DNA from: Lama glama
Lineage: Eukaryota
Assembly (NCBI GenBank): GCA_028534125.1
Contig: CM052825.1
Span: forward strand, 1,736,001-1,800,000
Direction of reading: 5' to 3'
DNA length: 64,000 nt
In this document: positions 24,160 through 36,700 of the stretch, piece after piece
Position numbering within the stretch: the stretch's first letter is position 1
How the letters are laid out: the number at the start of each line of letters is the position of its first letter
The notes under the pieces: model-generated
Told to the model about the DNA's origin: nothing
The model's database searches: none
What the model saw: the letters and a program-made list of their open reading frames with translations, nothing else
Program-made: the position numbers and the translations under genes

Positions 24160-24930
24160 GCGCTCCCCTGCTCGGCTTTAAGATCGCGGGCCCCACCCCA
24201 CCCTCCCCAGGGGTTTGCGGGAGTGTCGGGCGCCCCTCCCGCGCTCTACAGGAAGTCAGCAGAGGTCAGCGTCTGTAAGGCGAGTCTGAAGCCCGGGGAC
24301 TCCGGCCAGCTCTCCGCGCACTGGCGGCCCGCGCCTGAGGCACCCAAGCGGCAGGAGGGGGTGTGGCGCGCACGGCCAGGCGGCCCCATCACACTTTCCA
24401 CCGGGTCCCGCCTCGGTCCCTGCCCCTCGGTGCTGACGTCACGGCGGGACCTCCTGGGCGACTCTCGCGGCCCGCGCCGCGCCTGCCGGCTCCTGGGGGC
24501 GCCGGGCTGCGAGGTGGGCGCGCGGCGGAATTGGGGCGCGGGGCGCGGAGGACCCGGGGAGCGCGGCCTGTAGGACGGAGGCCGCGGGGAGGCCGCGGGC
24601 GCGACGCGCGGAAGACGCGGGGCGCAGTGAGGACCGGGGCTGCGAGGTGGAGGTGCGGCGGGGACGCAGGCGGCCACCGCGGGGGCGGGTGGTTCGGCGC
24701 CAGCACCCGCAGCCTAGCGGGACGCCGAGTCCATGCCCGGACGCCCTGGCCGCGCCGCAGTGCTGGGTCCGGCCGTGCAAGCCCCGAGGACGCCCTGGCG
24801 GCGGCGTGCGCGCTCCTGTGCGGGGTCTGTACTTGGAGGGCGCGCTGGGCAGGAGGTGGGGAGTCAGGGACCGGTGCGCCGAGGAGGGTTGGGTGCAGTA
24901 CCGCGTTCCATGCTTGGCGCCAGGGTCGGG
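24160..24930. promoter_or_regulatory. CpG island, probable AMZ1 promoter / non-coding exon 1
   Basis: Strong CpG cluster about 5.5 kb upstream of the AMZ1 ATG; full CRE palindrome TGACGTCA at 24434-24441. Confidence 0.72.
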
Positions 24931-27654
24931 GCTTCCCAGCCTGGGCCTTGCAGAGGGGAGCCCCGGGGAGCAAAGGGGCTCTGTGACCCTTCCCGGCCAT
25001 CTGCTCCCCAGGGGAGGGCGACCTGAGGGCTGTTCTCCATCCAGGCGAGGGGAGCAAACAGCCATGGGAGAGCCCAGGGCCAGGCAGGGAAAGAGGGCAT
25101 TTCCTGGCTGGTCCAGGTGAGGTACTCCCAGGGAGCCTGGAGGTGCGGGGACCAGCCAGGTATTGGTGGAGAAGGAGGCCTGTCGCTGTTTTATGTTGAG
25201 GAAAAGCAGGGCGTGGAGCAGCACAGAGATGCCGACTTGAGAAGGAATGCTGCCGGGGTCGGGAGGAGAAGAATGGGTCACTGGGAAGGAAACTGTGTGT
25301 GTGTGGGGGGCAGTCAGCGTTTGCAGGTGAGGGCAGCTGAGACAGGAAGCAGGGGTCTGTCCTGCTGAGGTCGAGGCCCTCATTTCCCCTCCTAGCAAAT
25401 GGAAACCTCTGGGAAGTGTGAAACCCAGACCCCTCACATCTCCGCATGGGGCTGCTCGGAAGGCAGACAGTCATGAATAGCTCGCTCGACGCAGCTGCTG
25501 GGATGTTTTGCAAAGTGCATTCAGAATAACAAGAGTCAGAGCATGCTTTCTTGCTGAAGTCTGGGGCATCTGTCCAGTCGGATGGGGAAACAGGTGCCCG
25601 GGCTGAGGGGTTTGGGGCAGCCTGCCCTTTCTGCAGTACCAAGCACATGCCCTTCCTTGGCCTGTGGGTAGGACAGCAGATAGGTGAGGGGGATGCGGGC
25701 ACCCCAGGGAAAGGGACGGGGGGCTGGAAAATTTGGCCACAGCCCCAGTGTTAACAGCAGCAGGGCAGAGACATCCCACCGTTTGTTTATGCTGAGACCA
25801 GCTCTGCTTCTGGAAGCCCATTAGCACGTTAAGAGTTCCAGCTCCAGTGTGGGGCATGGCTGGCTTTGAAATTGGGCCTGGTTGCTGCCCATCAGTGTGA
25901 ACACGGCCTCAGTTTCTCCATCCGAGACATGGGCACCTTAACAGCACCTGCAATGTCACAAGATTGTGCATCTCGAATGAGACGATACAGGTGGGGCTGA
26001 GGCACATGGCTGGCGTCCTGTGCAGGGCACCTGCTGCCCCACAGTCGTGTGCAGAGGAGTGGGAGGGACAGATCTGGAGCCCGGTTTTGGAGGTCTCCCT
26101 TCCGGAGCCTTCATGGTTGCCAAGATTGACAGGTTGGCAAGTGCAGGAAAGGGCCGGGACACGCCTTGCTCTGGCTGTGGCTCCCTCCCACGGCACCTGC
26201 AGCCTGGGACTCAGTCTCCGTCTCTGCCCACGTCCAGCTGCTGTTCCTGTGTGAGCGGCGATCCTGTGCAGAAATGACCTTGCAGGGCGGGTCGGGCGGG
26301 AGTTTCTCTTAGTGGCCCAGGAAGAGAGTGTGGCCAGCTGGGCATCTTGAAAGGAAATGCTCTCTGGGCAGACAGACATTGCACCCCGGACGCAGAGAGA
26401 GCCAGGCCTGCGTGGACGGACGGGGACCCACGCACCCTGGGGCCCAGTCCGGAGCCTGTCCTCCCACTGACCGCCAGCCTGTGTTGGTCCAGGGCTAATG
26501 GGGCCGCTTCTGAGCTCTTTGGGTTTCTGCGTGGCTGGGGTGCTGGGGGGTCTGCCTACAATGAAGCCCCGAGTGGGGTCTGTGTGATGAGGGGCAGTGG
26601 GCCCTGGCCAGAGAGAACCTTCAGGGGCAGGATAAGGTCCTGTAAACGAGGCCCAGAGTGAAACTAGACAGACTGATTTTTCCTGCCTTTGACTGTCTTC
26701 CTTCCCTCTCTGTCGGGAGCCAGGAGTCCCGTGTCTGAATCCTGGTAAGCTGTGCAATCCTGGGCAAGCGGCCTCCCCTCTCTGAGCCTCCATCGTCTCA
26801 CCTATGAGACGTGTGACTGCTGATAGCCATGTTTCAGGAAGCTGCAGGTTCAGACGAGGTGTTGCGTCCAGGGGTGACCTTGGGGTTACGGGCGGAGGAC
26901 CTGCAGGGTGGATGCCCTCAGAGGTCAGCGTCTGTCCCATTTCTGCCTCTTTAGGAAGCTGTGACAGACCCTCCGGGCATCCGGCGGCCTGAAGCGGCCC
27001 CAGAGAAGTGATTTATAGGCCACGCTCAGTTACAGAAAGTAATTCTGAGCCGGCTGTGACCCCAGGGAACATCGGACCGGGGAGGCCTCCAGCTCGCTGC
27101 GGGGAGGTGTCTGTGAGCCAAGGGTCTAGGGCAAGCCAGGGGCACACATGCAGGGTCCCGTGACCCGCATCTAGAGACAAAAGTCGGTCTTGAGATGCTG
27201 TGATGTCAGGTGCTCAAGGCAGGTCCCAAGGCTCAGGGTTGACCTCGGATGGGAGCTGGTGCCTGCTCCTCTCTGCTTGGTCCAGCCTTGCTCTGGGTGA
27301 GGAAGGCAGGCAGCACCGAGCCCTTCTGTCTGGGGGAAACTGAGGCACCGTGGGATCGAAGGTCAGAGGGCCAAGTCCATACTGGCCTGCGGGGCGCTCG
27401 CTCCTCAGGGGTTCCTGCATGCCTCTCTGTGCCTGGCCCCTGGGTCCTGGGCGGCGAGGAGCCCACAGCCCACTACCCGCTCCCAAAGCTTGCTGGAGGG
27501 GTGCCTGGTCAGCCAGGGAGGAGGGGCTCCTAGAGCTTGGCCTGCAGTACCATTCAGCTCACACCGCCCTCCGCTCTTAGCTCAGGGGGAGGCCAGAGCT
27601 CTGGGGACAGTCTCTGAGTCTGTGTGACGTATGCATACACGCATGTGCGCGCAG

Positions 27655-27965
27655 CAGGGCCTTGCACGTGCTCCTCCGCTGGGACTCTCCTTTCAGACCC
27701 CCTGCCTGGCTCCCTCTTTCCAGTCTGCTCAGGGAAGCCCTGTCTGGTCACCCTCTTGAAAATGGCAGTGCAGCCCTGGCCCTCCTGACCCCCACCCCTG
27801 CTCTGCCCTTCCCCCTTCCAGTAGCATTTAACACCTTCTGACACGCAGGACAGCATCTGTCTTCACTGCCTTACGCCTTACGTAGACTTAACGCGCCATG
27901 AGGCCAGGGACCTCTGTCCGTGTTGTCCGTGGGTGCTGGCCGCCCCACGGGTGAGTGGGCACTCA
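27655..27965. mobile_element. L2 LINE 3' fragment
   Basis: gggccttgcacgtgctc...ctcagggaagccct...ccatgaggccagggacctctgtc, resembling the L2 3' end. Confidence 0.5.
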
Positions 27966-28277
27966 GTGACTATGGGGCGGACGAGGGAGGGAGGCCACGG
28001 GGGCTCCTGCCCTCAGACCCTGCCCAGCCCATGACCTCCTGGTCATGCGTTCCCTGGCCTCCGGAGAAGTCGCCACTGTGGTCCTTCCTGATGCCAAGTG
28101 ATTTGGTCCTCAGGTGTCTGGTGTTTTCCCTACAGCCCAGGAGCCATTGTTTATCCCATTGCGAACTGTCCACGTTGCCCTAGAGTCTGGGACAGGGAGG
28201 GAGGTCTGGGCCGGGGTCCCGAGAAGGTGGGGACCCGCTGCCTCCAGTGACGGGGACCAGGGGGCTGGAACATCGGT

Positions 28278-28400
28278 GTGTTCCAATCCCGGCTCTGGTG
28301 CTTACGAGCTGTGTGGCTTTGGTTAAGTTAGTTTTAACCTTACTCTGCCTCAGTTTCACTCTCTGGAAAGTGGGAATGACTGTCCCCACTCCCTGAGGCA
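28278..28400 (+). mobile_element. MIR SINE fragment
   Basis: ttccaatcccggctctggtgcttacgagctgtgtggctttggttaagtta...ctctgcctcagtttc. Confidence 0.7.
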
Positions 28401-28645
28401 TGAACGCGAGGAAGCCCCGCCTGGAACGTCGTGGGGGTGCTCAGTGCTCTTGCTGACCACTTACAAATTGGACGGGCGATGGGCTTGCACGTCGGTGCGA
28501 CCTTTCTGGAAGGCAGTTGGCCGTACAGATTGAGATTCCTTAAACGTCCACAGCAGTGTCTTCTGGGAATCTCTCCTGAGGAAACGGAGACACGGACCTG
28601 CAACGAGGCTCACTGCGGCGTTTTTGGCCAGCCATTCAAATTAGC

Positions 28646-28736
28646 TTTTTTTTTTTTTAAATAGAGGTGCTGGGGATTGAACCCAGGGTCTTGTGCACGC
28701 TAAGCATGTGCTCTAGCCCTGAGCTATACCCTCCCC
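28646..28736 (-). mobile_element. tRNA(Ala)-derived SINE with poly(A) tail, resembling camelid vic-1
   Basis: Minus strand GGGGAGGGTATAGCTCAGGGCTAGAGCACATGCTTAGCGTGCACAAGACCCTGGGTTCAATCCCCAGCACCTC followed by an A tail. A/B-box-like motifs; degenerate TSD (caaattagcttt / caaaacagcattt). Confidence 0.85.
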
Positions 28737-28961
28737 GCCAAAACAGCATTTTTAATAGACTGTTCAAGGATTTGGGAAAACACTCGAAATATACTATGTC
28801 AAGGGGATATGAGATTGCACACACAATTGGATATTAAACTTGTGAAATGTATCGGTGGAAAGAAATACGTAAAGCTCTCTATTGGTAGGGATCTCAGTAG
28901 GCATTCAATCCTGGTTCCCCTCCACTCAGCTCAGTCAGTACTTAACTGAAAAAATACACCT

Positions 28962-29035
28962 GTGTGTGTACGTGTGTGTGTTATACACACACACACACAC
29001 ACTATGTATATAACACGTATGCACATATGTGTAAA
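28962..29035. repeat. Compound (TG)n/(CA)n microsatellite
   Basis: tgtgtgtgtacgtgtgtgtgttatacacacacacacacacac. Confidence 0.8.
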
Positions 29036-30432
29036 ACATCCCTGGAAAAATTAAGCATGTACTTTTCCAGAGGAAGATTTATAAATTACACGTACCCCAG
29101 TTTTCCTCTTTACATGAACACGTGCCCATGTTCACATGTCTGTTCACGCACACATGTACACATAGGTGCACGCATGAGTACACACATGTGAATTTATTTT
29201 CTGGATGAACATTTTAAACTGGGGTTAGCTAAAGGCAGCACAGGCTCAATTCTTCATTCTTCCCACGAAAACAAGGTTGTTCCTGTTTCCCAGCTCGGGC
29301 TGGGAGGCCTCGCGACTCCGTTTTCTGCAGAGACAGGGCAGGCGCGTCTGGCCTGATTCTGAGTCGGGGCTGCGCGGAGCGCGGCGCCTTGTCCTGCTCT
29401 CCTGGTGCTTGCGCACCTTCTCTTCTCCGCCTTGTTCTCCCCCGCCGCCCCTCCCCGCCATCGGGAGGGAGGCCCCCCCCCCACCCCCGCCAGCCGGGTA
29501 CCTTTGGATAAGACGAACCCCCAGCTGCCCGTCCCTTCCCTGGGCTTTTCAGGTGTGTGGTGGGAGGGGCGCTGTTTCTGATTAACACACGGACTGTGCG
29601 CCTGGTTTGGGAGGAAACCCACTCTGTCACCGTCCCCCCAGCCCTCCGTGTCTCCTCTCCCCGTCTGCTCTCTGCTGCGGTTGATGTGCTCTTTGTGGCT
29701 TTGCAGCGTCTCCCTATTTATAGTTCCTGTGGTTGGTGTGTGCCTGCCCCTCGCACGTCCCAGCAAGCTTCTGGGTCTGGCAACACAGGGCCTGCCCTCT
29801 TCCCCTCGGCTGGCCTGGCCACATGGACGTGGGGACCGTGGCCCCCTCCACCGGCCCACGGGGCCCCTTCCGGGAAAGCTGGTGGCTGCAGGTGCTGAGG
29901 TGGCCCAGGCAGCAGGGTGCACTTGGTGGTCACAGAGGGGTCAGGGGCTGCTAGAGTCCTGGTGGAGGGGCCCCTCGGGTTTTACAGGCGCTCAGCACAA
30001 GGGTGGGGTGGTCCCCCTTTGAGGGCTCGGAGGAGTCAGGTGGGACGGTGGAGGCTGGGTGCTGTCCGCATGGGTTACCACGGATACGTGCGTCGCGGCT
30101 GCAGGCCGTAGGGGCGGGGACCCTTCCCCACACTCAGTGCTCGCAGAGGCCTTGGCGTGCGGGAGGAGGGGGAGGAGGAGGGAGCGGCGGCCCTGCCCCG
30201 CTGGGTGGAAGTGCCGGGTCCTGGGGCACCGCCCCCGCGAAGCCCCTTCCCCAGGCAGAGGGAGGGGCTGAGGGCTCAGCCGCATGTCCCCGCAGGTGCC
30301 CACGGGCCTGGAGGCGTCGGAGCCGCTCGCTGCTGAGAAGGCCCGACACAGCGGGGGCTCCGGACCAGCTCGCGGCCTGGCCGGGCGGCGCGCGGGCAGC
30401 AGTGGGGCCTCCGCGGGGTGGCCGGGCCCGTC

Positions 30433-30736
30433 ATGCTGCAGTGCCGGCCGGCCGAGGAGTTCAGCTTCGGGCCCCGGGCCCTGAAGGATGCCCTGGTGTC
30501 CACCGACCCGGCGCTGCAGCAGCTCTACGCGTCCGCCTTCTCCCCGGCCGAGAGGCTCTTCCTGGCCGAGGCCTACAACCCCCGCAGGACGCTCTTCCGC
30601 ACGCTGCTCATCCGCTCGGCCTTCGACTGGCTCCTCAGCCGCCCCGAGGCCCCCGAGGACTTCGAGGCCTTCCACGCCGCCCTGCCGCCCCGGAAGCAGG
30701 GCCCGACGCAGAGGCACATTTACCTGCAGCCCATAG
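30433..30736 (+). CDS. AMZ1: AMZ1 coding exon 1
   Basis: MLQCRPAEEFSFGPRALKDAL...HIYLQPI; donor at 30737; possible upstream acceptor ending at 30295. Confidence 0.95.
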
Positions 30737-33700
30737 GTGCCCGCGGGTGTGGGCGTGGGCCCCAGGCAGCAGGTGGTGAGGACCTGGGGGGCGGCGGCCT
30801 GGGGCTGGCAGGGAGCCCGGGGAGGGGGGGAGACAAGGGCCTGGATCCAGCACCGGGTGGGGGTCTGTGCCCCGGCCGCAGGCAGGACGTGATCTGAGGG
30901 GAGGCACTCTGGCAGGTGTCACCCAGCTGGCCGGTGTGGCCGGGGGCTCCAGGGGTGCTGGGCACCATGGCCGGGGGTCCCGCTGGGGCTGACGGTTCGG
31001 CTCTGCCCCCAGATCTGAGTGAGGGGCCGGTGGGCAGCGCCCTCCTGGACCATCTGCGGAGCTGCACCGAGGCCTTCTTCCTGGGCCTGCAGGTCAGGTG
31101 TCTGCCCTCGGTGGCGGCCGCGTCCATCCACTGCTCGTCGCGCCCCAGTCAGGACTCTGACAGGCTCCAACTGCACACAGGTGAGCGGGCGTGGCGTAGC
31201 TGAGGCGCAGGCCGCCACCGCTCGGCAGGAGGTCCTTTTTGGAGGCAGAAGGTGGGAGGGAGGAGCCCAGGAGAAGGAAGGAAGCCCTCTGCTTTTCTGA
31301 GGTGGGGGAACGTCTATTTCCCACCCTTTAAGAAAGGAAAACCAAGACAAGGGCGTCCAGAGTGTCCAGAGACTTGACCACACAGCCCCGTGTCCACTGG
31401 AAAACCCCAGGACACGCCGAGCAGGTGGCGCGGACCTCTGAGGCCCTGAGCCCTCCTCCAGCCTTCTGTCTTCACAAAGCACTTGATAAGGGTGGAGAAG
31501 ACCCTCTCCCTGGCCCCCCCCCAGTGCCCGGGGGTCACTGGCAGCTGGAGGGTGAGGCTGGTTGAGAGGCACAGATGACCTGGGGGCTGTCAGACCTGCT
31601 GGAGACCTCAGCGAGGGCCCCGGGGAGGGGCTGCTGCCAGGTCTGGGGCGAGCGGGGTGATGCCCCCTCGGCTGGGGGAAGGCCTCAGCTGTTTGCCTTC
31701 CTTCAGCCTCTGCCCCCTTCCTCCTCCCGTCGAGGATCCCAGCGGGAGGCACGCTCCTCCTCCGTCCGCTCCCACGTCTGGTCTTCCCCCTTGCATTCCA
31801 TCCGCTTGTATTTTCATCCTCTGGTTCCCTGGTTCTCTCTCTAGCTACGCCTCACGCGCCATTAAACCCATGGAGTCCCTAATTGCCGCCCCATTTTTCA
31901 CACAGTTCCTTTTGCAAATAGCAGTGCCACTTTTTTATCGTGCTCAGTTCCCCACTAAAAATGGGTTCCGAATTTACACGTACAAACACAGCCGCCTTCC
32001 AGTCTGTGTCCGTCCGTGCGGCCATTTGTGTTGTTTCTGCTGATGCTGTCCAGGCTGCCTTGCCTCGTTGTGTGTCTTGCTTTTGATTGTTAGTTGGACG
32101 TCCTACGTGAAAAGTCAGTTCAACTCATTTTTTTAGAAGAATCTGTGGCCTGGGATGGTGTAAGTTTTCTCCAGAGAGGGTTCTGTATCTCCTAGGCCAG
32201 GCACCTGAGGGAGCTGACCGTCTCGGACAGGCATGCAGCTTTTCTGGGCCACCCCGATGACCCCGGAGCACAGTCTGCATCCCACCCAGGGTGTGGCCTT
32301 TGGGGGAGCAAGCAGAGCAGGGGTGTGTTGTCAGGGTCACCCCAGCCCCTCCACCCGTCTTAGAAACAACTCAGCTTCGTCTCTCTGAGTTCTGATCCTC
32401 TCCCTGGTTCTAATTTCCCATTAGTTCTCTGATTTGTTAAAAGTCCCGTTGATCAAGGCATAATTTACACGTAGAGAAATTCTTCCTTTGAGCGTATGGT
32501 TCTGAGTCCTCACATACACACACGTCACAAGCTGTCACCACACTCGTGGGGGACAGCTTGTCTTGTCCCCTGCCCCCTGGAGCCAGCGCCTCCCCCTTCT
32601 TAGACGTCTTAAGAAGCCATTCTTTGTGTTTCTCTCGACTTGGCAGGTTACCCCTCAGCCGGAGGTAGTGTGCGTTGCAGCTGGCGCTGATTTTAGGGTT
32701 GACAGGGACTCCTGGCTGGGGTGTCCCAGGCTGCAGGTTTGGTCACTCGCCGGGCACAGCCTTCCCCCCATCCCTGAGGATCTGAGCGGGGCCTGGGGCG
32801 CAGTAGCCGGGCCGTGGCACCACATGGCACCATCATGCCTGCCGTTGCTTCCACCCGACTCGGGGGGCCCAGGGTCCACCCCAGCTGCCCCAGGGGCCAT
32901 GGTGCCTCGGAGACCCCAGCCCTGAGGTGCACGAGCTGTACCTGTTGCTCCTGCACTGTTCACCCCCGCCGCCTCGGGAACGGACCGCTGTTCCCTGGCC
33001 CCACGCCTGAGAGGCTGCATGGATCCCTGGGAAAGAAGGGGGCCCGGGAGGGCTGAGCAAGCAGGCAGAGCCCAGAGGTCATGCAAGTTTAAATTCTTGT
33101 GGCCGGATTAACGTGGCTTGGGCACTGTGTCAGTTTCCTGGGGCTGCTGTGACAGAGCGCCGCCAGGTGGGTGGCTTAAGACAACAGAAGTGGACTTACT
33201 GTCCCACGGTCTGCAGACCAGAGCTCTGAGACCAAGGTGTCGGCGCGGCCTGTTCCCTCTGAAGTTCTGAGGTTGGGGGTAACCTTCCTCGCCTCCTCCA
33301 GCTCCTGGTGGTGGCCGGCCATCCTGGGTGTCCCCTCCCTTGCAGCCTCCCCGCTCCGATCTCTGCCTCCATCATCACATAGGGAAGAAATTATGTGTCT
33401 GTGTCTCTCCTGTGAGGACCCCAGACAAACTGAGTCTGCCCTCATCTTACCTTGACGAGGCCTGCAAACCCCACCCCCAGGAAGGCCTCGTCTCAGGTGC
33501 TGGGTATTGGGGTGTTGACATGTCTTTTGGGGGACAGAACCCCCCCTGTAATAGTCATCACCGTTAGCGCCACCGTAAGAGCTGAAATCCCTTGGCCCCT
33601 CCTAGGTCTCAGGCCAGGTCACACCCTGAGACCCGGGCTCTGGGGCAGCAGCCCGTGGCCGCAGGGGGCCATCAGCCCGCAGACGTGTGGGGAGTGCCCA

Positions 33701-36700
33701 GTGCACGCCTGAACAGTCTTAGTAACTTTTTAATATTTGACTACATGTTAGGATTTTGGATGCATTAGGTTAAAACAATGCATTATTAAAATCAATTTGA
33801 GCCGCTTGTTTTACTTTAAAAGTAGTAAAATTTGAAATTTAGTCGCACGTGCAGCTCACACTGTAGGGCAGCGCTGAGCTCCGCCTTTATGACCAACAGC
33901 CGCGTCTTCTCCGCAGCTGGGGTGTTCACATCCCTGAGTGCTGCCCCCCACCCCCGTTCCCCAGCTCATCAAGTCCTGCCTCTGGTCCTGCCGCCCTCCT
34001 GCTGCCCAGGACCTGCCCCCTGCCCTGACTGCCCCCCTCCTCTCCCCTCCTGTCTGCCCTGGGGTGAATCCAGCTCCCGTCTCCCCTGCAGTGGAACGCG
34101 GCTGGAGAAGACGCACCCTGGGGTGGTCAGCTCCTGCTGCACAACCATGACCCTCGAGGGTGCTTGGTGCCCCCGCCCTTGCGTCTTCTCCCTCTAACCT
34201 CTGATGACAACCTTGCTTTCTTTGCTGAGGAAGTACAAAGGGAACTCCCACGCCTCCCTCACCTCCCCACCTGCCGCCCTGTGCTCCCCGTTGTACAGGT
34301 GGACGCCCCCCGGCCCTCCACCCGTCGCCCTGCCTGCTCCCACCCCTTCCAGCAGCTCTTCCGCTGTCCCCTCTCACGGGAGCTGCTATTACGTCTCCCG
34401 TCTTAACACCCTCGCTGCCCCCGAGGCCCCTCCAACTGCCAGCCTGCTTCTCTGCTGCTACATAGCCACACCCCTTGGTGAGAGTCCTTCCCTCCGGCTG
34501 TATCTGCTTCCGCCTCCCTGAGCCCCCCTGCCTGTTCCCCCCCAGCCCTGCACATTCCTGTCTCCCCGAAGGCTCCATCCCCGCCCCTGCCCTCTCTGCA
34601 CTCACACTCCCAGCGCTGCTGCAGCAAGTTACTGCAGACATGGCGATGTCCTAATGCCTGGTGCCTGAGACGTGACCGCCCCGGGGGATGGGGTTTACAG
34701 CTGTCAGCACACCGGCCGTCCCTTCGTCCACATGAGGTGCTGTGTTCACGGGTCCCAGGCACTAGACGCGACATCTGTGGGGCCGTCCGTCTGCTGCCAG
34801 GGGCTGTAGGGGCTCTTCCCTTGAGCAGCCACCGCACTGGCCCAGTGGCCTTTTCGCTGCTGCCACCTGGATGTCACTGGGTGTCCTGGACCCTGTCCAA
34901 ACCAGCTCTCCTGACAGCTTTGGAAACAGACACCCTGAGCTGCTCCTTCCCCCGGGGCCTGGTCCGTAGCCCCAGCTTCACGTTGTGCCGCTTGGCTGCT
35001 CTGAGTTCAGGCTCAGTCGGACAGTTTCTCAGGGACATCACAAGGTTGTGTCCGACTTTGGGATGGGCTGGTCCCCAGCAGAGGAAGAGGGTGATGAGTT
35101 TGCCTGCCCTGAGCCCTGGGCTGGGAGATGGGGGCCTAGTCACCTCCTCACGGGCCCCCTGCCTGTCCCCACAGACGGCATCTTGTCTTTCCTGAAGAGC
35201 AGCAAGCCAGGGGACGCTCTGTGCGTGCTGGGCCTCACGCTGTCCGACCTGTACCCGCAGGAGGCCTGGACCTTCACCTTCGGCAAGTTCCTTCCCGGGC
35301 ACGGTGAGTCAGAGCCCGGGGCTGGTGCACACTCACATTCTAGCCCCCCATGCGGGAGGGGCCACCCGCCCAGGGCTGCCGTCATGGGGCCCTGCTGGCA
35401 GGGCCGGGCCTTTAGGACCCGTGCGTCCTGAAGGGTGGCTTTCCCCGTGGGCTCCCTGAGCTGAGGCTGCCCCTGGCACCCCTGTCTCCGCCTCTCCCCA
35501 GAAGTGGGCATCTGCAGCTTTGCCCGGTTCTCGGGGGAACTCCTGCAGCTGGAGCCCAGCGCCCCTGACCCGGCCCTGGTGGACATGGCAGCAGATGGCA
35601 CGGAGGCGCCCCTGCAGGACAGAGGCCGCACCATGTGCTTCAGCGCCCTGGGGATGGTCCAGTGCTGCAAGGTGGGTGCGGCGGAGCAGATGTGGGGGAA
35701 GGACGAGGACGGGAGGTTGGGGGTTCTGGCAAGCTCTGGGAAGATGCTGGGCTGTGGAGTCAGACAGGAGGACGTGAGGGGACAGCCCCTGGACCCTCTG
35801 CGTCCAGGCCGTGATGCTGTCCAGCTCTCCCAAGGATGAGGACGAGCCTTCACTCACAGGGCGTGGACACGAAGGCTCAGGGACACCAAGCCGTCTGGGG
35901 TCACACACAGCCCTGACGTGGCGGGGCTGGGACCTGAACCCCCGCATGTCTGGCGTTGGGACCACCACCCCAGTGGCCTGCCTCTCCCCCTGGAGCCCAG
36001 GGTGTCCCGGGGGTCGGGGGTGGGGGCTCAAGGCTGCATGGTGCGGGGACCGTCTCCCGCAGGCCACCTGCCACGGGCTCTGCCACCTCCTGGGCCTGGG
36101 GAGCTGCCGGTGGCTCCGCTGCCTCATGCAGGGGGCCCTCAGCCTGGACGAGGCGCTGCGGTGGCCCCTGGACCTCTGCCCCATCTGCCTGCGGAAGCTG
36201 CAGCACGTCCTAGGCTTCAAGCTCCTGGACAGGTACAAGGTGAGTCCCGCCCTGGAGGGGCGGGGGGCTTGCGGCAGGTGGGATGGATGCGCGTCTGTGA
36301 CCCGCAGGCAACGCAGGCCTGCGCTGTCAGCTCTGGGGGTCTCGTGGGCCTGGCTGCACCCTGGCCCAGGGCTGGTGGCTGTCACCACAGGCTGCTCGGG
36401 GGTGGCGGGGCGCACAGCTTCGATTCCCCAGGCACCCCCAGTCCGAGCCGGTTTTCACCACGCACGGACAGGCGGGCCTGAGACCCTGTCCCCGCACTTC
36501 TGTCCTTACGCTGGGTCTTGCTCACGAGGGGGCCTCCCCGGCATCACCTCCTCTCTGCTCAGCTCAGGCCGCCCGGAGGAAGGGCTGGCCCCTCGGGGGA
36601 GGAGGCAGAACCAGACTAAACAGGAGTCTCTGGAGGGGCCGGCAGGCGCTCCTCTCAGTCGGCCCTGCCCTCCGCAGGGCAAGCCCGCGGGGCGACGCTG

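Noticed and set aside
24389-25702. 437-aa minus-strand ORF
   Set aside because: Low-complexity Pro/Arg/Ala/Ser-rich translation across a CpG island with no recognisable domain; long ORFs are expected by chance in stop-poor GC-rich DNA
28660-28736. tRNA-Ala gene
   Set aside because: A-rich tail, degenerate TSD and imperfect stems indicate a SINE rather than a functional tRNA
35333-36415. 360-aa minus-strand ORF (similarly 38034-38555 and 37993-38757)
   Set aside because: Antisense to AMZ1 exons and GC-rich introns; no independent coding signal
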